Origin: Deltaproteobacteria bacterium
GTDB lineage: Bacteria > Myxococcota > Kuafuiibacteriia > Kuafuiibacteriales > Kuafuiibacteriaceae
Direction: 5' to 3'
Assembly (NCBI GenBank): GCA_040218735.1
Contig: JAVJQW010000070.1
Coordinates: 32,001 to 96,000 of the forward strand
DNA: 64,000 bases
Below, piece by piece: positions 20,688 to 30,554 of this stretch. Both the position numbers and the translations under genes were made by a program. The first letter of the stretch is position 1; each line of letters starts with the position of its first letter. A model generated the notes under the pieces. The model did not search any database and had not been told where the DNA came from. It saw only the letters and a program-made list of their open reading frames with translations.

Positions 20688-22574
20688 ATGTCCTCGGGAC
20701 CGCCACCATCGTCCGAACCGTCGGGCGCCGCGGAAGACGACGCGACCTCGCAGTCCGAGACGGTCCGCCCCTCGGCCTTCACGCCCGAGGAGGACGCGCT
20801 CACGGATCCTCCGCACGCGCGCATCGAGGCGCTCGGCGGCACGATACGCACGATCCCCGCCGGCGCCGCGCCGAGCGACGCGATGGACGCCGAGGGGGAT
20901 ACCCGCGCGGACGACTCCCCGTTCGCCGGGCTCCTCGCGGAGGCCAAGTCCGAGACGGACATGACGCCGCAGCCGGAGGACGAGGAGGAGGAGAAGACGG
21001 ACGGACCGCACACCAAGCGGATCCGCCCCGAGCTGGAACCCGACGAGCCGCTCCCGCGCGCCGTGGCCGACACCGTCGCGGAGCAGCCGGCGATGACCGA
21101 GCGCCGCGTCGGCCCCTACCGGGTGCTCGAGGAGCTCGGCTCCGGCGGCATGGCGGTCGTCTACAAGGCGGTGCAGCCCGCGTTGGATCGCCTCGTCGCG
21201 ATCAAGGAGCTGCGCGCCGAGTACGTGCACGACAAACAGATCGCGACGCGCTTCGAACGCGAAGCGACGAGCCTCGCGACGCTGCAACACGGCAACATCG
21301 TCCACGTCTACGACTACCTCAAGGACCTCGAGAGCGCGTACATCGTGATGGAGTACGTCGACGGGATCGACCTGTTCGACGTGCTCGCCGAGTCGGACAA
21401 GGTCCCGCCGGACATCGCGGCGATCGTCGCGGCCGAGGTCGCCGAGGGGCTCGAGTACGCGCACTACCGCGGCATCGTTCACCGCGACATCAAGCCGTCG
21501 AACATCCTCCTGTCGAAGCGCGGCGAGGTGAAGATCATGGACTTCGGGATCGCGCGTGATCCCGGAAAGAGCGAGCTGACGCAGGTCGGCCTCGCCGTCG
21601 GGACGCCGGCGTACATGGCGCCCGAACAGATCCGCGGCGACACCATCGACTTCCGCACCGACGTCTTCGCGCTCGGCATCTGCCTGTACGAGATGCTCTC
21701 CGGCCACAAACCGTGGCCAGAGGAGGAAGGCCGCAGCGTCACCGTCAAGGTGCTCGACGAACCCTACGTCCCGCTGGAGAAGACCGCGCCGGGGGTGCCG
21801 CCGGAGCTGTCGCAGATCGTGTCGCGCTGCCTCGCGAAGGATCCGGGTCGGCGCTTCGCCACGACCTACGAGCTGCGCTCCGCGCTCGAGAGCTACGCGA
21901 CGCGCGAGGTCCGCTCGGACCCCCGCACGCGTATCGCGCTGTACCTCAGGAACCGCGGCTTCATCTCCGACGCCGAGGCCGCCAACTTCGTCGACACCAC
22001 GCTGCTCAACGATGCTTCGATGCGCCGGCGCGACGAAGGCATCCCGCTGCCCCCGGCCGACGTGCTCCTGAAGCCGGTCGGTCTCGCGCACGCGTTGGCG
22101 CTCGCGGTCATCGTGATCGCGGGGCTGCTGGCGGTGTTCTTCCCGATCGGACAGTCGCTGGAGGGCACCGCGCGCGCCGCGCCCGACACCGGCGCGGCCG
22201 CACCGCCGGTGGACGTGGAGGCGGTCGTCGCCCAGCGTGTCGCGGAGGAGCTCGCGAAGCGGCCCACCCCCAAGGCGGCGCCGTCCCGGGGGGCGCTGGG
22301 TAAGAACGCGGCCCCGCGCGCCCCGCTGAACGGGGACGAAGGCTTCGTGCGCGTCGTCGTCAAACCGTGGGCGCGGGTGTTCGTCGACGGTGACTTCTAC
22401 GACTACACGCCGTTCGCCAACGCGATCCCGCTCGGGCCCGGGCGTCACCGCATCGGCCTGCGCAACCCGTACTACGAGGGCGTCGATCGGTACGTCGAGG
22501 TCGAGACCGGCAAGACCCAGACCGTGAAGATCAGCCTGATCGCGAAGGACCAGGCGGAGACCGCGGACCGATGA
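20688..22574 (+). CDS. Ser/Thr protein kinase with acidic N-terminal extension, TM and PEGA-like domain
   Basis: GSGGMAVVY, HRDIKPSN, DFGIAR, YMAPEQ; TM ALALAVIVIAGLLAVFF; PWARVFVDG. Start uncertain (ORF open from 20613). Confidence 0.9.
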   Translation: MSSGPPPSSEPSGAAEDDATSQSETVRPSAFTPEEDALTDPPHARIEALGGTIRTIPAGAAPSDAMDAEGDTRADDSPFAGLLAEAKSETDMTPQPEDEEEEKTDGPHTKRIRPELEPDEPLPRAVADTVAEQPAMTERRVGPYRVLEELGSGGMAVVYKAVQPALDRLVAIKELRAEYVHDKQIATRFEREATSLATLQHGNIVHVYDYLKDLESAYIVMEYVDGIDLFDVLAESDKVPPDIAAIVAAEVAEGLEYAHYRGIVHRDIKPSNILLSKRGEVKIMDFGIARDPGKSELTQVGLAVGTPAYMAPEQIRGDTIDFRTDVFALGICLYEMLSGHKPWPEEEGRSVTVKVLDEPYVPLEKTAPGVPPELSQIVSRCLAKDPGRRFATTYELRSALESYATREVRSDPRTRIALYLRNRGFISDAEAANFVDTTLLNDASMRRRDEGIPLPPADVLLKPVGLAHALALAVIVIAGLLAVFFPIGQSLEGTARAAPDTGAAAPPVDVEAVVAQRVAEELAKRPTPKAAPSRGALGKNAAPRAPLNGDEGFVRVVVKPWARVFVDGDFYDYTPFANAIPLGPGRHRIGLRNPYYEGVDRYVEVETGKTQTVKISLIAKDQAETADR

Positions 22575-23557
22575 GAGCGCTCGTCGTCCTGCTCGCGCTG
22601 ACCCCCGCGCTGGTACCGGCGACCGCGATCGCGAAGGGACCGATCCTCCACAAGGTGCGCTCGACGCAGGAGACGTACGCCGCCCTCGCGGATCACTACT
22701 ACGGCAAGCGGTACCTCGAACGGCACCTCCGGCTGTTCAACCGCAAGTCCGAGCCGCTCGCGAAGGGCACCACGATCCTGATCCCCACCTACCGCTTCAT
22801 CGCCGCGAAGCCGGGGCAGAGCCTCGCCGACTTCGCGCGCACGTACCTCAATGACGAAGGCCGCGCGCCCTACCTCGCAGCGATCCACGGCCTCAAACGC
22901 GGGCGCATCCCGCGCGGGAAGCGCCTCAAGGTCGTGCAGTCGCTGGGGCACGTCGTACGGCCCGGGGAGTCGCTGAAGGCGATCGCGCGGACGTATTACC
23001 GGGAGACGAACCCGAACCGGCTGCGATTGTTGATGCTCTACAACAAACTCGAGACCGCGCGCGTACGGGTCGGCATGACGCTCCGGATCCCGCTGGACAG
23101 CAAGGAGTTCTCGCACCGCCGCGTCGCGGAGCGCGCCGAGGAGCAGTTCGATCTGCGCGGCGAGGTCGAGGCGAAGGTCGTCAGCGGCCCCGTCGGGCCG
23201 CCCGTCATCAAGGGCAAGCGCCGGATCGTCCGCAAGGAGCGCCGCGAGCGCGCCGCGGCGGACCTCGAACGCATCGAAGCCAACCTCGAGACCGCCGAGC
23301 GCCTCTACGACGACGGCGAGTACACCGACTGCGCGAAGCTCACCGCCGAGGCGTTGGCGACCGTCGGTACCGCACCGAAGGCCACACGCGCCGAGCTCAT
23401 GCGGGTGTCCGCGTTCGCGCTGGTCGCGCTCGGCGAGTACGGCGAGGCGCGCGCGCGCTTCGTGGAGCTGTTGTCGGTGGAGCCGAAATACGAGCTCGAC
23501 CTGTACCAGACGTCGCCGAAGATCCTCGACGTCTTCCAGTCCGTCGCCGAACGCTGA
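22571..23557 (+). CDS. Exported LysM-repeat protein with C-terminal TPR
   Basis: Signal peptide, three LysM-like repeats (e.g. HVVRPGESLKAIARTYY) and TPR-like LGEYGEARARF. Confidence 0.8.
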   Translation: MRALVVLLALTPALVPATAIAKGPILHKVRSTQETYAALADHYYGKRYLERHLRLFNRKSEPLAKGTTILIPTYRFIAAKPGQSLADFARTYLNDEGRAPYLAAIHGLKRGRIPRGKRLKVVQSLGHVVRPGESLKAIARTYYRETNPNRLRLLMLYNKLETARVRVGMTLRIPLDSKEFSHRRVAERAEEQFDLRGEVEAKVVSGPVGPPVIKGKRRIVRKERRERAAADLERIEANLETAERLYDDGEYTDCAKLTAEALATVGTAPKATRAELMRVSAFALVALGEYGEARARFVELLSVEPKYELDLYQTSPKILDVFQSVAER

Positions 23558-23593
23558 CCTCGAGGGCGGGACCGGCGCCGGGGCGCGCGATCC

Positions 23594-26428
23594 TCAGGAC
23601 GACGGGGCGTCCGGCTCGAAGGGATCGACGTCCGCCTTCTTGGCGGCGGTCTTCTTCGCCGCCGTCTTCTTGGCGGCGGTCTTCTTCTTGGTCGTCGTCT
23701 TCTTCGCGGTCGTCTTCTTGGCGGCGGTCTTCTTCTTGGTCGTCGTCTTCTTCTTCGAAGCCGTCTTCTTGGTGGTCTTCTTCTTCGTGGCCTTCTTCTT
23801 CGTCGCCTTCTTCTTGCCGCCGCCCTCGCCGCGCGGGGGGAACTCGAAGCCGTGGCGGCCGTTTTCCTTGAGGTGCAGCGTCGCCACGAACGGGCGCCCG
23901 CGGCGCGAAGTGAACTCCTGGAGCAACGGGGTCTGCCCGTCCTTCACGAACGACGTCGCCTCGTCCCGCGTGATCTCGCGCTTGCACACCGTGCGCGGCA
24001 GCAGGAACGGGCAGTACGTCATCTCCTCCGGGATCTCCTTCTTCTTCACCGGGAAGAGCGTGGTGTCGTCGCGCTCGAGCGCGCGGAGCACCTTCAGGCC
24101 GCTCTCGCAGATGAACGTCGACCGCGTCTCGACGACGTTCGCCTCCTTGCACTGCGGGCACTGGCCCAGCGGAGAATCGTCGACCTCGTACTCCGGCATC
24201 CCGAGGTCGTCGGCGCTCTCGCCGCCAGCGACGCGCTTGAGCTGCACCTCGCCGTCCGCGATCTCCAGCTCGCCGCGGTAGGTGCGGCCCTGGCGCGTCA
24301 TGAACCCGTCGAGGATGCGCGACTTCCCGTCCGCGAGCAGCTCACGCACCGTGCGCCGATCCACGTAGCGCCCCGACTTGTCCTTCCAGATGCGGAACGG
24401 GCAATCGACGATCTCGGGGACCTCGTTCGGATCCTCGCCGGCCTTCTTCTTGGCCTTCTTCAGCTTGCGCGCCGCCTCCAGGCCCTCCGGCTCCTTGCAC
24501 CGGTAGAACCAGGAGCGCTCGTAGACGTCCTTGCTGCACAGCGGGCACTTCCCGAGCGACTCGTCGTCCGGGAACAGATCCACGAACTCGAAGCCCTTCG
24601 TGAGCTCCACGATCTCCTTCGTGTAGTCGTAGACCTCCTTCATGAAGTGGTCCGACTTCAACGACCGGTGCTCGACCTCCGACAGCTGCTTTTCGAGCTG
24701 CCCGGTCAGCGCCGGCGACGCGAGCCGATCCGCGTTCATGCGCCGCAGGATGTCGATGAGCCGCAGCCCCTTCACGCTCGGCCGCAGCACGCGGCCCGCG
24801 CGCAGGACGTACGCCTTGGAGATCAGGTTCTCGATCGTGTCGGCGCGCGTGGCCGGCGTCCCGATCCCGGAGTCCTTCATCGCCTCCGCGTAGTCCTCGT
24901 CGTCGACGGCCTTCCCCGCGTTCTCCATCAGCGAGAGGAGCCGCGCTTCCGTGATCCGCGGCGGCGGCTTGGTCTCGTCGGCTTCGACCTCCGTCTCGCC
25001 CGGCCCCACCGGCACGTCGTTCGCCTCGTCGCCGTCAGCGAGCGGCGGGAGCTTCATCGACGATCCCGCGTCGGGATCGGGGAGCACCTCGCGCCAGCCG
25101 GGGATCTGCAGCACCTTCTCACGCGACCGGAAGTGCTCCTCCTCGACCACCGTGGTCCGCTCGACGCGGGACCAGATGGCCGGCGGGTGGAACGCGCCCA
25201 TGAAGCGCCGCGCGACGAGGTCGAAGAGGCGCCCGTCGTCACCACCGAGGTCGGCGACGATCGTCCCCGTGGGCACGATCGCGAAGTGGTCGGTGACCTT
25301 CGCGTCGTCGAAGATCTTCTCCGTGTTGAGGAGGCCGTCCTTGGCGAGGCGCGCGCTGGCGGCGGCGAAGCGCTCGTCCGCGCCGAGCTGGACGATGACC
25401 TCCTCGACCACCGCGCGGTAGTCGTTCGGGAGCGCCCGCGTATCGGTACGCGGGTAGGTGAGGACCTTGTGCGCTTCGTAGCAGCGCTGCGCCGCGTTCA
25501 GCGTGCGGCGCGCCGACCAGCCGAAGCGACGGTTCGCCTCCCGCTGCAGGGACGTGAGGTCGAACAGCGGCGGGGCCGCCTCGCGGGACGGCTTGCGGGT
25601 CTCGGAGGCCAGCGCCGGCTTGCCTTTGACCTTCTCGAGGATCGCGTTGGCGCGAGCCTCCTCGAAGATCCGATCCTCCTTGTCGTCGTCGTTCTCCGCC
25701 TTGAAGTTGGGATCGAACCAGACCGCGTCGTAGGGCGTGCCGGCCTGGTCGAAGGTCGCCTTGATGCGCCAGTAAGGTATGGGAGAGTGCTCGAGGACCT
25801 CGAGCTCTCGATCCACCAGCATCCCGAGCGTCGGCGTCTGGACGCGGCCGGCGCTCCAGGCCTGGTTCTCGCTGCGGCTCTTGAGGCGACGGGTCAACGC
25901 GCGCGTCGCGTTCATGCCGATCAGCCAGTCCGAGTAGTTGCGGCAGTGCGCGGCCTCGGACAGCCCGTCGAACTTGGTGCCGTCCGTCAGCTTGGAGAAG
26001 CCGTCGGTGATGGCCTTCTTGGTCATCGACTGGAGCCACAGGCGCTCGATCGGCTTGGCCGACTCGAGGTACTCGACCACCTCGCGGAAGATCAGCTCCC
26101 CCTCGCGCCCGGCATCGCAGGCGTTCACGACGTTTTCGACGTCGTCGCGGTGCAGGAGCTTCTTGATGGTACGGAGGCGGTCCCGGGTGCCCTCTTTGGG
26201 CTTTAGGGGGAACCGCTCAGGCAGGATCGGGAGCGTGTCCAGCGTCCACCGCTTGTACTTCTCGTCGATGTCCTCGGGGGCGACCAGCTCGAGGAGGTGA
26301 CCGACGGCGAACGTGACGATGTAGTCGTCACTCTCCCAGAAGCCCTCTTCCTCGGTGAAACCCCCCAGCGCGCCCACGATGTCGCGTGCGACGCTGGGTT
26401 TCTCAGTGATGACCAGCCGCTTGCCCAC
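23594..26428 (-). CDS. topB: DNA topoisomerase III (type IA) with Lys/Ala/Thr-rich tail
   Basis: ITEKPSVARDI, NACDAGREGE, SAGRVQTPTL, LTYPRTD (catalytic Tyr), GIGTPATRA, Cys motifs and KKTAAKK tail. Confidence 0.93.
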   Translation of the reverse strand: MGKRLVITEKPSVARDIVGALGGFTEEEGFWESDDYIVTFAVGHLLELVAPEDIDEKYKRWTLDTLPILPERFPLKPKEGTRDRLRTIKKLLHRDDVENVVNACDAGREGELIFREVVEYLESAKPIERLWLQSMTKKAITDGFSKLTDGTKFDGLSEAAHCRNYSDWLIGMNATRALTRRLKSRSENQAWSAGRVQTPTLGMLVDRELEVLEHSPIPYWRIKATFDQAGTPYDAVWFDPNFKAENDDDKEDRIFEEARANAILEKVKGKPALASETRKPSREAAPPLFDLTSLQREANRRFGWSARRTLNAAQRCYEAHKVLTYPRTDTRALPNDYRAVVEEVIVQLGADERFAAASARLAKDGLLNTEKIFDDAKVTDHFAIVPTGTIVADLGGDDGRLFDLVARRFMGAFHPPAIWSRVERTTVVEEEHFRSREKVLQIPGWREVLPDPDAGSSMKLPPLADGDEANDVPVGPGETEVEADETKPPPRITEARLLSLMENAGKAVDDEDYAEAMKDSGIGTPATRADTIENLISKAYVLRAGRVLRPSVKGLRLIDILRRMNADRLASPALTGQLEKQLSEVEHRSLKSDHFMKEVYDYTKEIVELTKGFEFVDLFPDDESLGKCPLCSKDVYERSWFYRCKEPEGLEAARKLKKAKKKAGEDPNEVPEIVDCPFRIWKDKSGRYVDRRTVRELLADGKSRILDGFMTRQGRTYRGELEIADGEVQLKRVAGGESADDLGMPEYEVDDSPLGQCPQCKEANVVETRSTFICESGLKVLRALERDDTTLFPVKKKEIPEEMTYCPFLLPRTVCKREITRDEATSFVKDGQTPLLQEFTSRRGRPFVATLHLKENGRHGFEFPPRGEGGGKKKATKKKATKKKTTKKTASKKKTTTKKKTAAKKTTAKKTTTKKKTAAKKTAAKKTAAKKADVDPFEPDAPSS

Positions 26429-26474
26429 GGCGGGAGAAAAGACACACCGGCCGGGGTCTTGGCAAGGGTGCGGT

Positions 26475-28073
26475 TCAGTCAGCGCGCTTCTTCGACACGT
26501 GGATGATCTGCGTGTCGGCGTCGACCGAGACGATCACGACGGTCATGAAGTGGCCCGCCTTGACCGCCGTGGTGAGATCCACGGGGCCCGCCTGGTACTC
26601 GTCCGCGGCGAGCGTCCCCTCGATGCCCGGCTCGAGCTCGAGGTACGCCTCGTCGCGCTGGACCTTCAGCACGCGGGCATCGACCTGCGAGCCCGGCGCG
26701 AAGCGGTCCGGCATCGCGCGCCACGGATCGTCCGTGAGCTGCTTGATGCCGAGCGAGAAGCGCTCGTTTTCGACGTCGATGTTCAGGACCACCGCCTCCA
26801 CATCGAGCTCCTCTTCGTACAGCTCGGCGGGGTGCTTGAAGCGGCCCGACCACGACAGGTCGCTGATGTGGACGAGGCCGTCGATGCCCTCTTCCACGCC
26901 GACGAAGATGCCGAAGTCCGTGATGTTGCGGATCGGCCCCCGGATGACGGTGCCGACCGGGTACTTCTTCGACAGGAGCGTCCACGGGTTCGGCTCGGTC
27001 TGCTTGATGCCGAGCGAGATCCGCTTCTGCGAGATGTCGATGTCCAGGACCATCGCCTGCACTTCGTCCCCGATGGCGTACAGCTTCGAGGGGTGCTTGA
27101 CGCGCTTCGTCCAGGACATCTCGGTGATGTGGACGAGGCCCTCGATGCCGGGCTCGAGCTCCACGAACGCGCCGTAGTCGGTCAGGCTGACCACGGTGCC
27201 CGTGACGCGGGTGCCGGTCGGGTACTTCTTGTCCGCCTCGATCCACGGGTCGTCCTGGATCTGCTTGAGGCCCAGCGACACACGCTCCGTACCGGGATCG
27301 AACTTGAGGACCTTCACGCGGACCTCGTCGCCGACCTTGAACATGTCGGAGGGGTGGTTCAGGCGCCCCCAACTCATGTCCGTGATGTGGAGCAGGCCGT
27401 CGATGCCGCCGAGGTCGATGAACGCGCCGTACTCGGTGATGTTCTTGACCACGCCGTCGAGGATCGCGCCCTCGGTGAGCTTTTCGAGCGTCTCGGCCTT
27501 CTGCTTCTCGCGCTCCTGCTCGAGGACGAGGCGCCGCGACAGGACGATGTTGTTCCGCCGCTTGTTGAACTTGATGACCTTGAACCGGAACTTCTCGTTG
27601 ATGAGCTTGTCGAGGTTCCGGATCGGCCGCAGATCCACCTGCGAGCCGGGGAGGAACGCCTTCACGCCGATATCGACCTGAAGGCCACCCTTCACGCGGG
27701 CGATGATCGTGCCCTCGATGGTCGACTCTTCCTCGTAGGCCTTCGCGATGTCGTCCCAGATTCGCATCCGGTCGGCCTTTTCCTTGGACAGGACACAGAG
27801 GCCGTCTGCGTTTTCGCGTTTGCTCTCGATGAAGACGTTGATCACGTCGCCGACCTTGACGGTGGTGTCGCCGTCTTCGGTCTTGGGGAATTCCTTGAGG
27901 TCGACCACGCCTTCGGACTTGAATCCGAAGTCGATGATCGCCTGGTCCTTGCGGAGCGCGACGACCGTCCCTTTGACGATATCGCCCTCACGGGTCTCGT
28001 CTTCGCGGAGCGACTGCTCCAGAAGATCGCCGAAGGACATCTCCTCGTTCGTGTGTGTGTTGGTTTCGGACAT
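26475..28073 (-). CDS. rpsA: 30S ribosomal protein S1
   Basis: Repeated S1 domains: FKSEG, AFLPGSQVD, YGAFIDLGGIDGLLHITDMSW, RISLGIKQ. Confidence 0.97.
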   Translation of the reverse strand: MSETNTHTNEEMSFGDLLEQSLREDETREGDIVKGTVVALRKDQAIIDFGFKSEGVVDLKEFPKTEDGDTTVKVGDVINVFIESKRENADGLCVLSKEKADRMRIWDDIAKAYEEESTIEGTIIARVKGGLQVDIGVKAFLPGSQVDLRPIRNLDKLINEKFRFKVIKFNKRRNNIVLSRRLVLEQEREKQKAETLEKLTEGAILDGVVKNITEYGAFIDLGGIDGLLHITDMSWGRLNHPSDMFKVGDEVRVKVLKFDPGTERVSLGLKQIQDDPWIEADKKYPTGTRVTGTVVSLTDYGAFVELEPGIEGLVHITEMSWTKRVKHPSKLYAIGDEVQAMVLDIDISQKRISLGIKQTEPNPWTLLSKKYPVGTVIRGPIRNITDFGIFVGVEEGIDGLVHISDLSWSGRFKHPAELYEEELDVEAVVLNIDVENERFSLGIKQLTDDPWRAMPDRFAPGSQVDARVLKVQRDEAYLELEPGIEGTLAADEYQAGPVDLTTAVKAGHFMTVVIVSVDADTQIIHVSKKRAD

Positions 28074-28223
28074 CAGTTCTTGGTTGGTCGGACCTGTCGG
28101 TCCGAGTTCCTTTCGCCGCGCATCACCACGCGCGCCTCGGGCTAGCGGTTTCGTCGTTTCCCAGCTTTTGGGTTGGATGAAGCGGCCCCCGGACGGCGTC
28201 GCCTGGCTCGTCGGCAGGGCGGG

Positions 28224-28252
28224 AACCTAAGGGTGCGATCCAATGATGTCAA
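28224..28252 (-). promoter_or_regulatory. Sigma70-type promoter for rpsA
   Basis: Minus strand reads TTGACA (28252-28247), 17-nt spacer, TAGGTT (28229-28224). Confidence 0.65.
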
Positions 28253-28542
28253 AGGGGATTTTGCGGGCTGTCGACGTTCAACCTCGGCCCATCCCGACCG
28301 ATGTGTTGGGGGGATGGAAGCGACCTTTCGGAGGACTCGGCGGTTCGCCGGGGACTCGACGGATCTCCCCCTCCACACCGGCACGATCGGCTGCGTCCGA
28401 TCCGCGATCCGATCCGCGTCGGAGGATGTGTGGATCCGGCGCGCACCGCGCGTCGAGCGACGAAAGTTTCGGCGGGGATCGGTTCGCCGCGTGCCGCCGA
28501 TGCGGCCTTCGAAATGCGCACTGCGAGGCAGATCTGCGCGGT

Positions 28543-28571
28543 TTGACAGGCGAGCGACGGGCGGCTAGATT
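28543..28571 (+). promoter_or_regulatory. Sigma70-type promoter for the aglRQS-like operon
   Basis: TTGACA (28543-28548), 17-nt spacer, TAGATT (28566-28571). Confidence 0.65.
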
Positions 28572-28697
28572 CGCGGCGCTTTTGACGCCAGGGGCGTATC
28601 CTCGGGTGCGCGTCCGGCCAGAACGACAAGCGATAGCCGACACAACGAACGACAGTAATTCGGACAGTAGTACGGGCTAGGGGAAGCGAAAGCGGCA

Positions 28698-29336
28698 ATG
28701 GCAGAACTCGGGCACATCATCGAGACCGGCGGTCTCCCGATGATCTTCAACATCTTCTTCTTGATGGTCTCCATCGCCATCATCATCGACCGAACGATCG
28801 CGGTCTTCTTCCAGCTCAACCTCAACGGTGAGCGGTTCATGGCGCAGATCGAGAAGCTGGTGGTCAGCGACAACATCGACAAGGCCGTCAAGCTGTGCAA
28901 CGCGGCGCCGAAGGCCGCTCTGGCCCGTGTGCTCCGCGCCGGGCTGACGCGCGCCAACCGCGGCGTCCTCGAGATCGGCAACGCCATCGAGGAAGAGACG
29001 CTGGCGGTCACGCCGCAGGTGACCAAGCGGGTCTCCGCGCTGTGGTCGCTCGCGAACATCGCGGTCCTCGTCGGCCTGTTCGGCACGGTCCTCGGGCTGA
29101 TTCGCGCGTTCAAGGCGATCGGCTTCGCGGCGCCGGAGCAGAAGCAGGCGCTCCTGACGGCCGGTATCTCCGAGGCGCTGAACAACACGGCGTTCGGGCT
29201 GATGATCGCCGTCGTCTGCATCGTCGGGCACCTCGTGGTGAGCACCCAGGCGAAGCGCATCGTCGAGGACATCGAGCTGCACAGCCTCAAGCTGGAGAAC
29301 ATGCTCGCTCGGCGCGCCGTCGCCGAAGACCGCTGA
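28698..29336 (+). CDS. MotA/TolQ/ExbB proton channel, AglR-like
   Basis: Three TM segments; LWSLANIAVLVGLFGTVLGLI and AGISEALNNTAFGL. Confidence 0.9.
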   Translation: MAELGHIIETGGLPMIFNIFFLMVSIAIIIDRTIAVFFQLNLNGERFMAQIEKLVVSDNIDKAVKLCNAAPKAALARVLRAGLTRANRGVLEIGNAIEEETLAVTPQVTKRVSALWSLANIAVLVGLFGTVLGLIRAFKAIGFAAPEQKQALLTAGISEALNNTAFGLMIAVVCIVGHLVVSTQAKRIVEDIELHSLKLENMLARRAVAEDR

Positions 29337-29346
29337 GTCCTGATCC

Positions 29347-29979
29347 GTGGCGAGCTCGGACAACAAAAAGGGGTATCAGCGCGCTGATGCCACCGGGACG
29401 GGGACCTACTCCCACCAGGACTTCACGTTCGTCCGGAAGAAGCGCGGCAAGATCCACCATGACATGGGCGAGGAAGAGGGTGGTGAGCTCAACATCATCC
29501 CGTACCTCGACATCATCATCAATCTCATCATGTTCCTCCTGGTCGCGCAGGCGACCCTGGTCTCGCTCGGCATGATCGACGTGACCGCACCGAGCTACTC
29601 GATCGCGGGTCCCGCCGGTGGAGCCGGGGAGAAGACGGAGAAGCCGCTGCGGCTGACCGTCGGGATCGGTGGAGATGGGTTCTACGTCGCGGCTTCGGGC
29701 GGTGTCTTGGGGAACGAGGAAGGCACGGGTGAGCTGACGCCGGACGGCGTGGAGCGCACCAAGCCGACGATCCCGATGAAGGCGGACGGATCGTTCGACT
29801 ACCCGGCGCTCGCGCGGAAGCTGCGGGCGATCAAGAACAGCTTCCCGAAGACGACGTCGGTGTATGTGGCGGCGGACGAGAACATCCCGTACGAGGTGAT
29901 CGTGAAGACGCTGGACGCGTCCCGTGAGGACGCCAGCGGGCAGCTCTTCCCGAACGTCGCCTTCACCCAGATCAACTGA
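29347..29979 (+). CDS. ExbD/TolR family protein, AglQ-like
   Basis: ELNIIPYLDIIINLIMFLL with the conserved TM Asp; AADENIPYEVIVKTLDA. Confidence 0.88.
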   Translation: MASSDNKKGYQRADATGTGTYSHQDFTFVRKKRGKIHHDMGEEEGGELNIIPYLDIIINLIMFLLVAQATLVSLGMIDVTAPSYSIAGPAGGAGEKTEKPLRLTVGIGGDGFYVAASGGVLGNEEGTGELTPDGVERTKPTIPMKADGSFDYPALARKLRAIKNSFPKTTSVYVAADENIPYEVIVKTLDASREDASGQLFPNVAFTQIN

Positions 29980-29987
29980 GCGAGCGC

Positions 29988-30554
29988 ATGACGAAGCAGG
30001 AATCCCAGCCGACCCAGCAGGCCATGTACGACGCTTCGCGGAAGCGTCGCGTCGGCAAGCGTCGCAACCGCGACCACGGCGAGGACATCACGTACCTCAA
30101 CATCACCCCGATGTTGGACATGATGACGATCCTCCTGGTCTTCCTGATCAAGAGCTTCGCGTCGTCCTCCGCGGACGTGAACGTCGCGAACCTCACCCTG
30201 CCCCACTCGACGACCAAGCTGGAGATCAGCGAGGCGTTGCAGCTGATGATCACGCCGAACGAGATCCTGCTCGACCAGAAGGTCGTCACGCAGCTCACGA
30301 ACGGCACCATCAACGCCGAGGACCTCCCCGAGGGGGCCAACGGGTACCTGATCAAGCCGCTGTACGACGTGCTCTCGTCGCGCGCCGACTACTTCAAGAA
30401 GATCGAAGAGTTCGGCGGCTCGCAGTTCGTCGGGAAGGTCGCGGTCATCGCGGACAAGACGATCAGCTACAAGACCCTCTTCAAGGTCTTGTACACCGCG
30501 GGCCGCGCCGAGTTCGGGTACTTCAAGCTCTTCGTCCAAAAGCCGAAGGCGTAG
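29988..30554 (+). CDS. ExbD/TolR family protein, AglS-like
   Basis: LNITPMLDMMTILLVFLIKSF; IADKTISYKTLFKVLYTA. Confidence 0.88.
   Translation: MTKQESQPTQQAMYDASRKRRVGKRRNRDHGEDITYLNITPMLDMMTILLVFLIKSFASSSADVNVANLTLPHSTTKLEISEALQLMITPNEILLDQKVVTQLTNGTINAEDLPEGANGYLIKPLYDVLSSRADYFKKIEEFGGSQFVGKVAVIADKTISYKTLFKVLYTAGRAEFGYFKLFVQKPKA

Noticed and set aside
18403-26206. Long plus-strand ORFs 18403-20574 and 23852-26206 (likewise 8112-10376 and 31795-33864)
   Set aside because: Antisense shadows of relA, topB and kinase genes, with no recognisable domains.
28142-28698. Several overlapping short ORFs between rpsA and the aglR-like gene
   Set aside because: They lack coding-like composition and overlap two clear divergent promoters, so the region is treated as intergenic.
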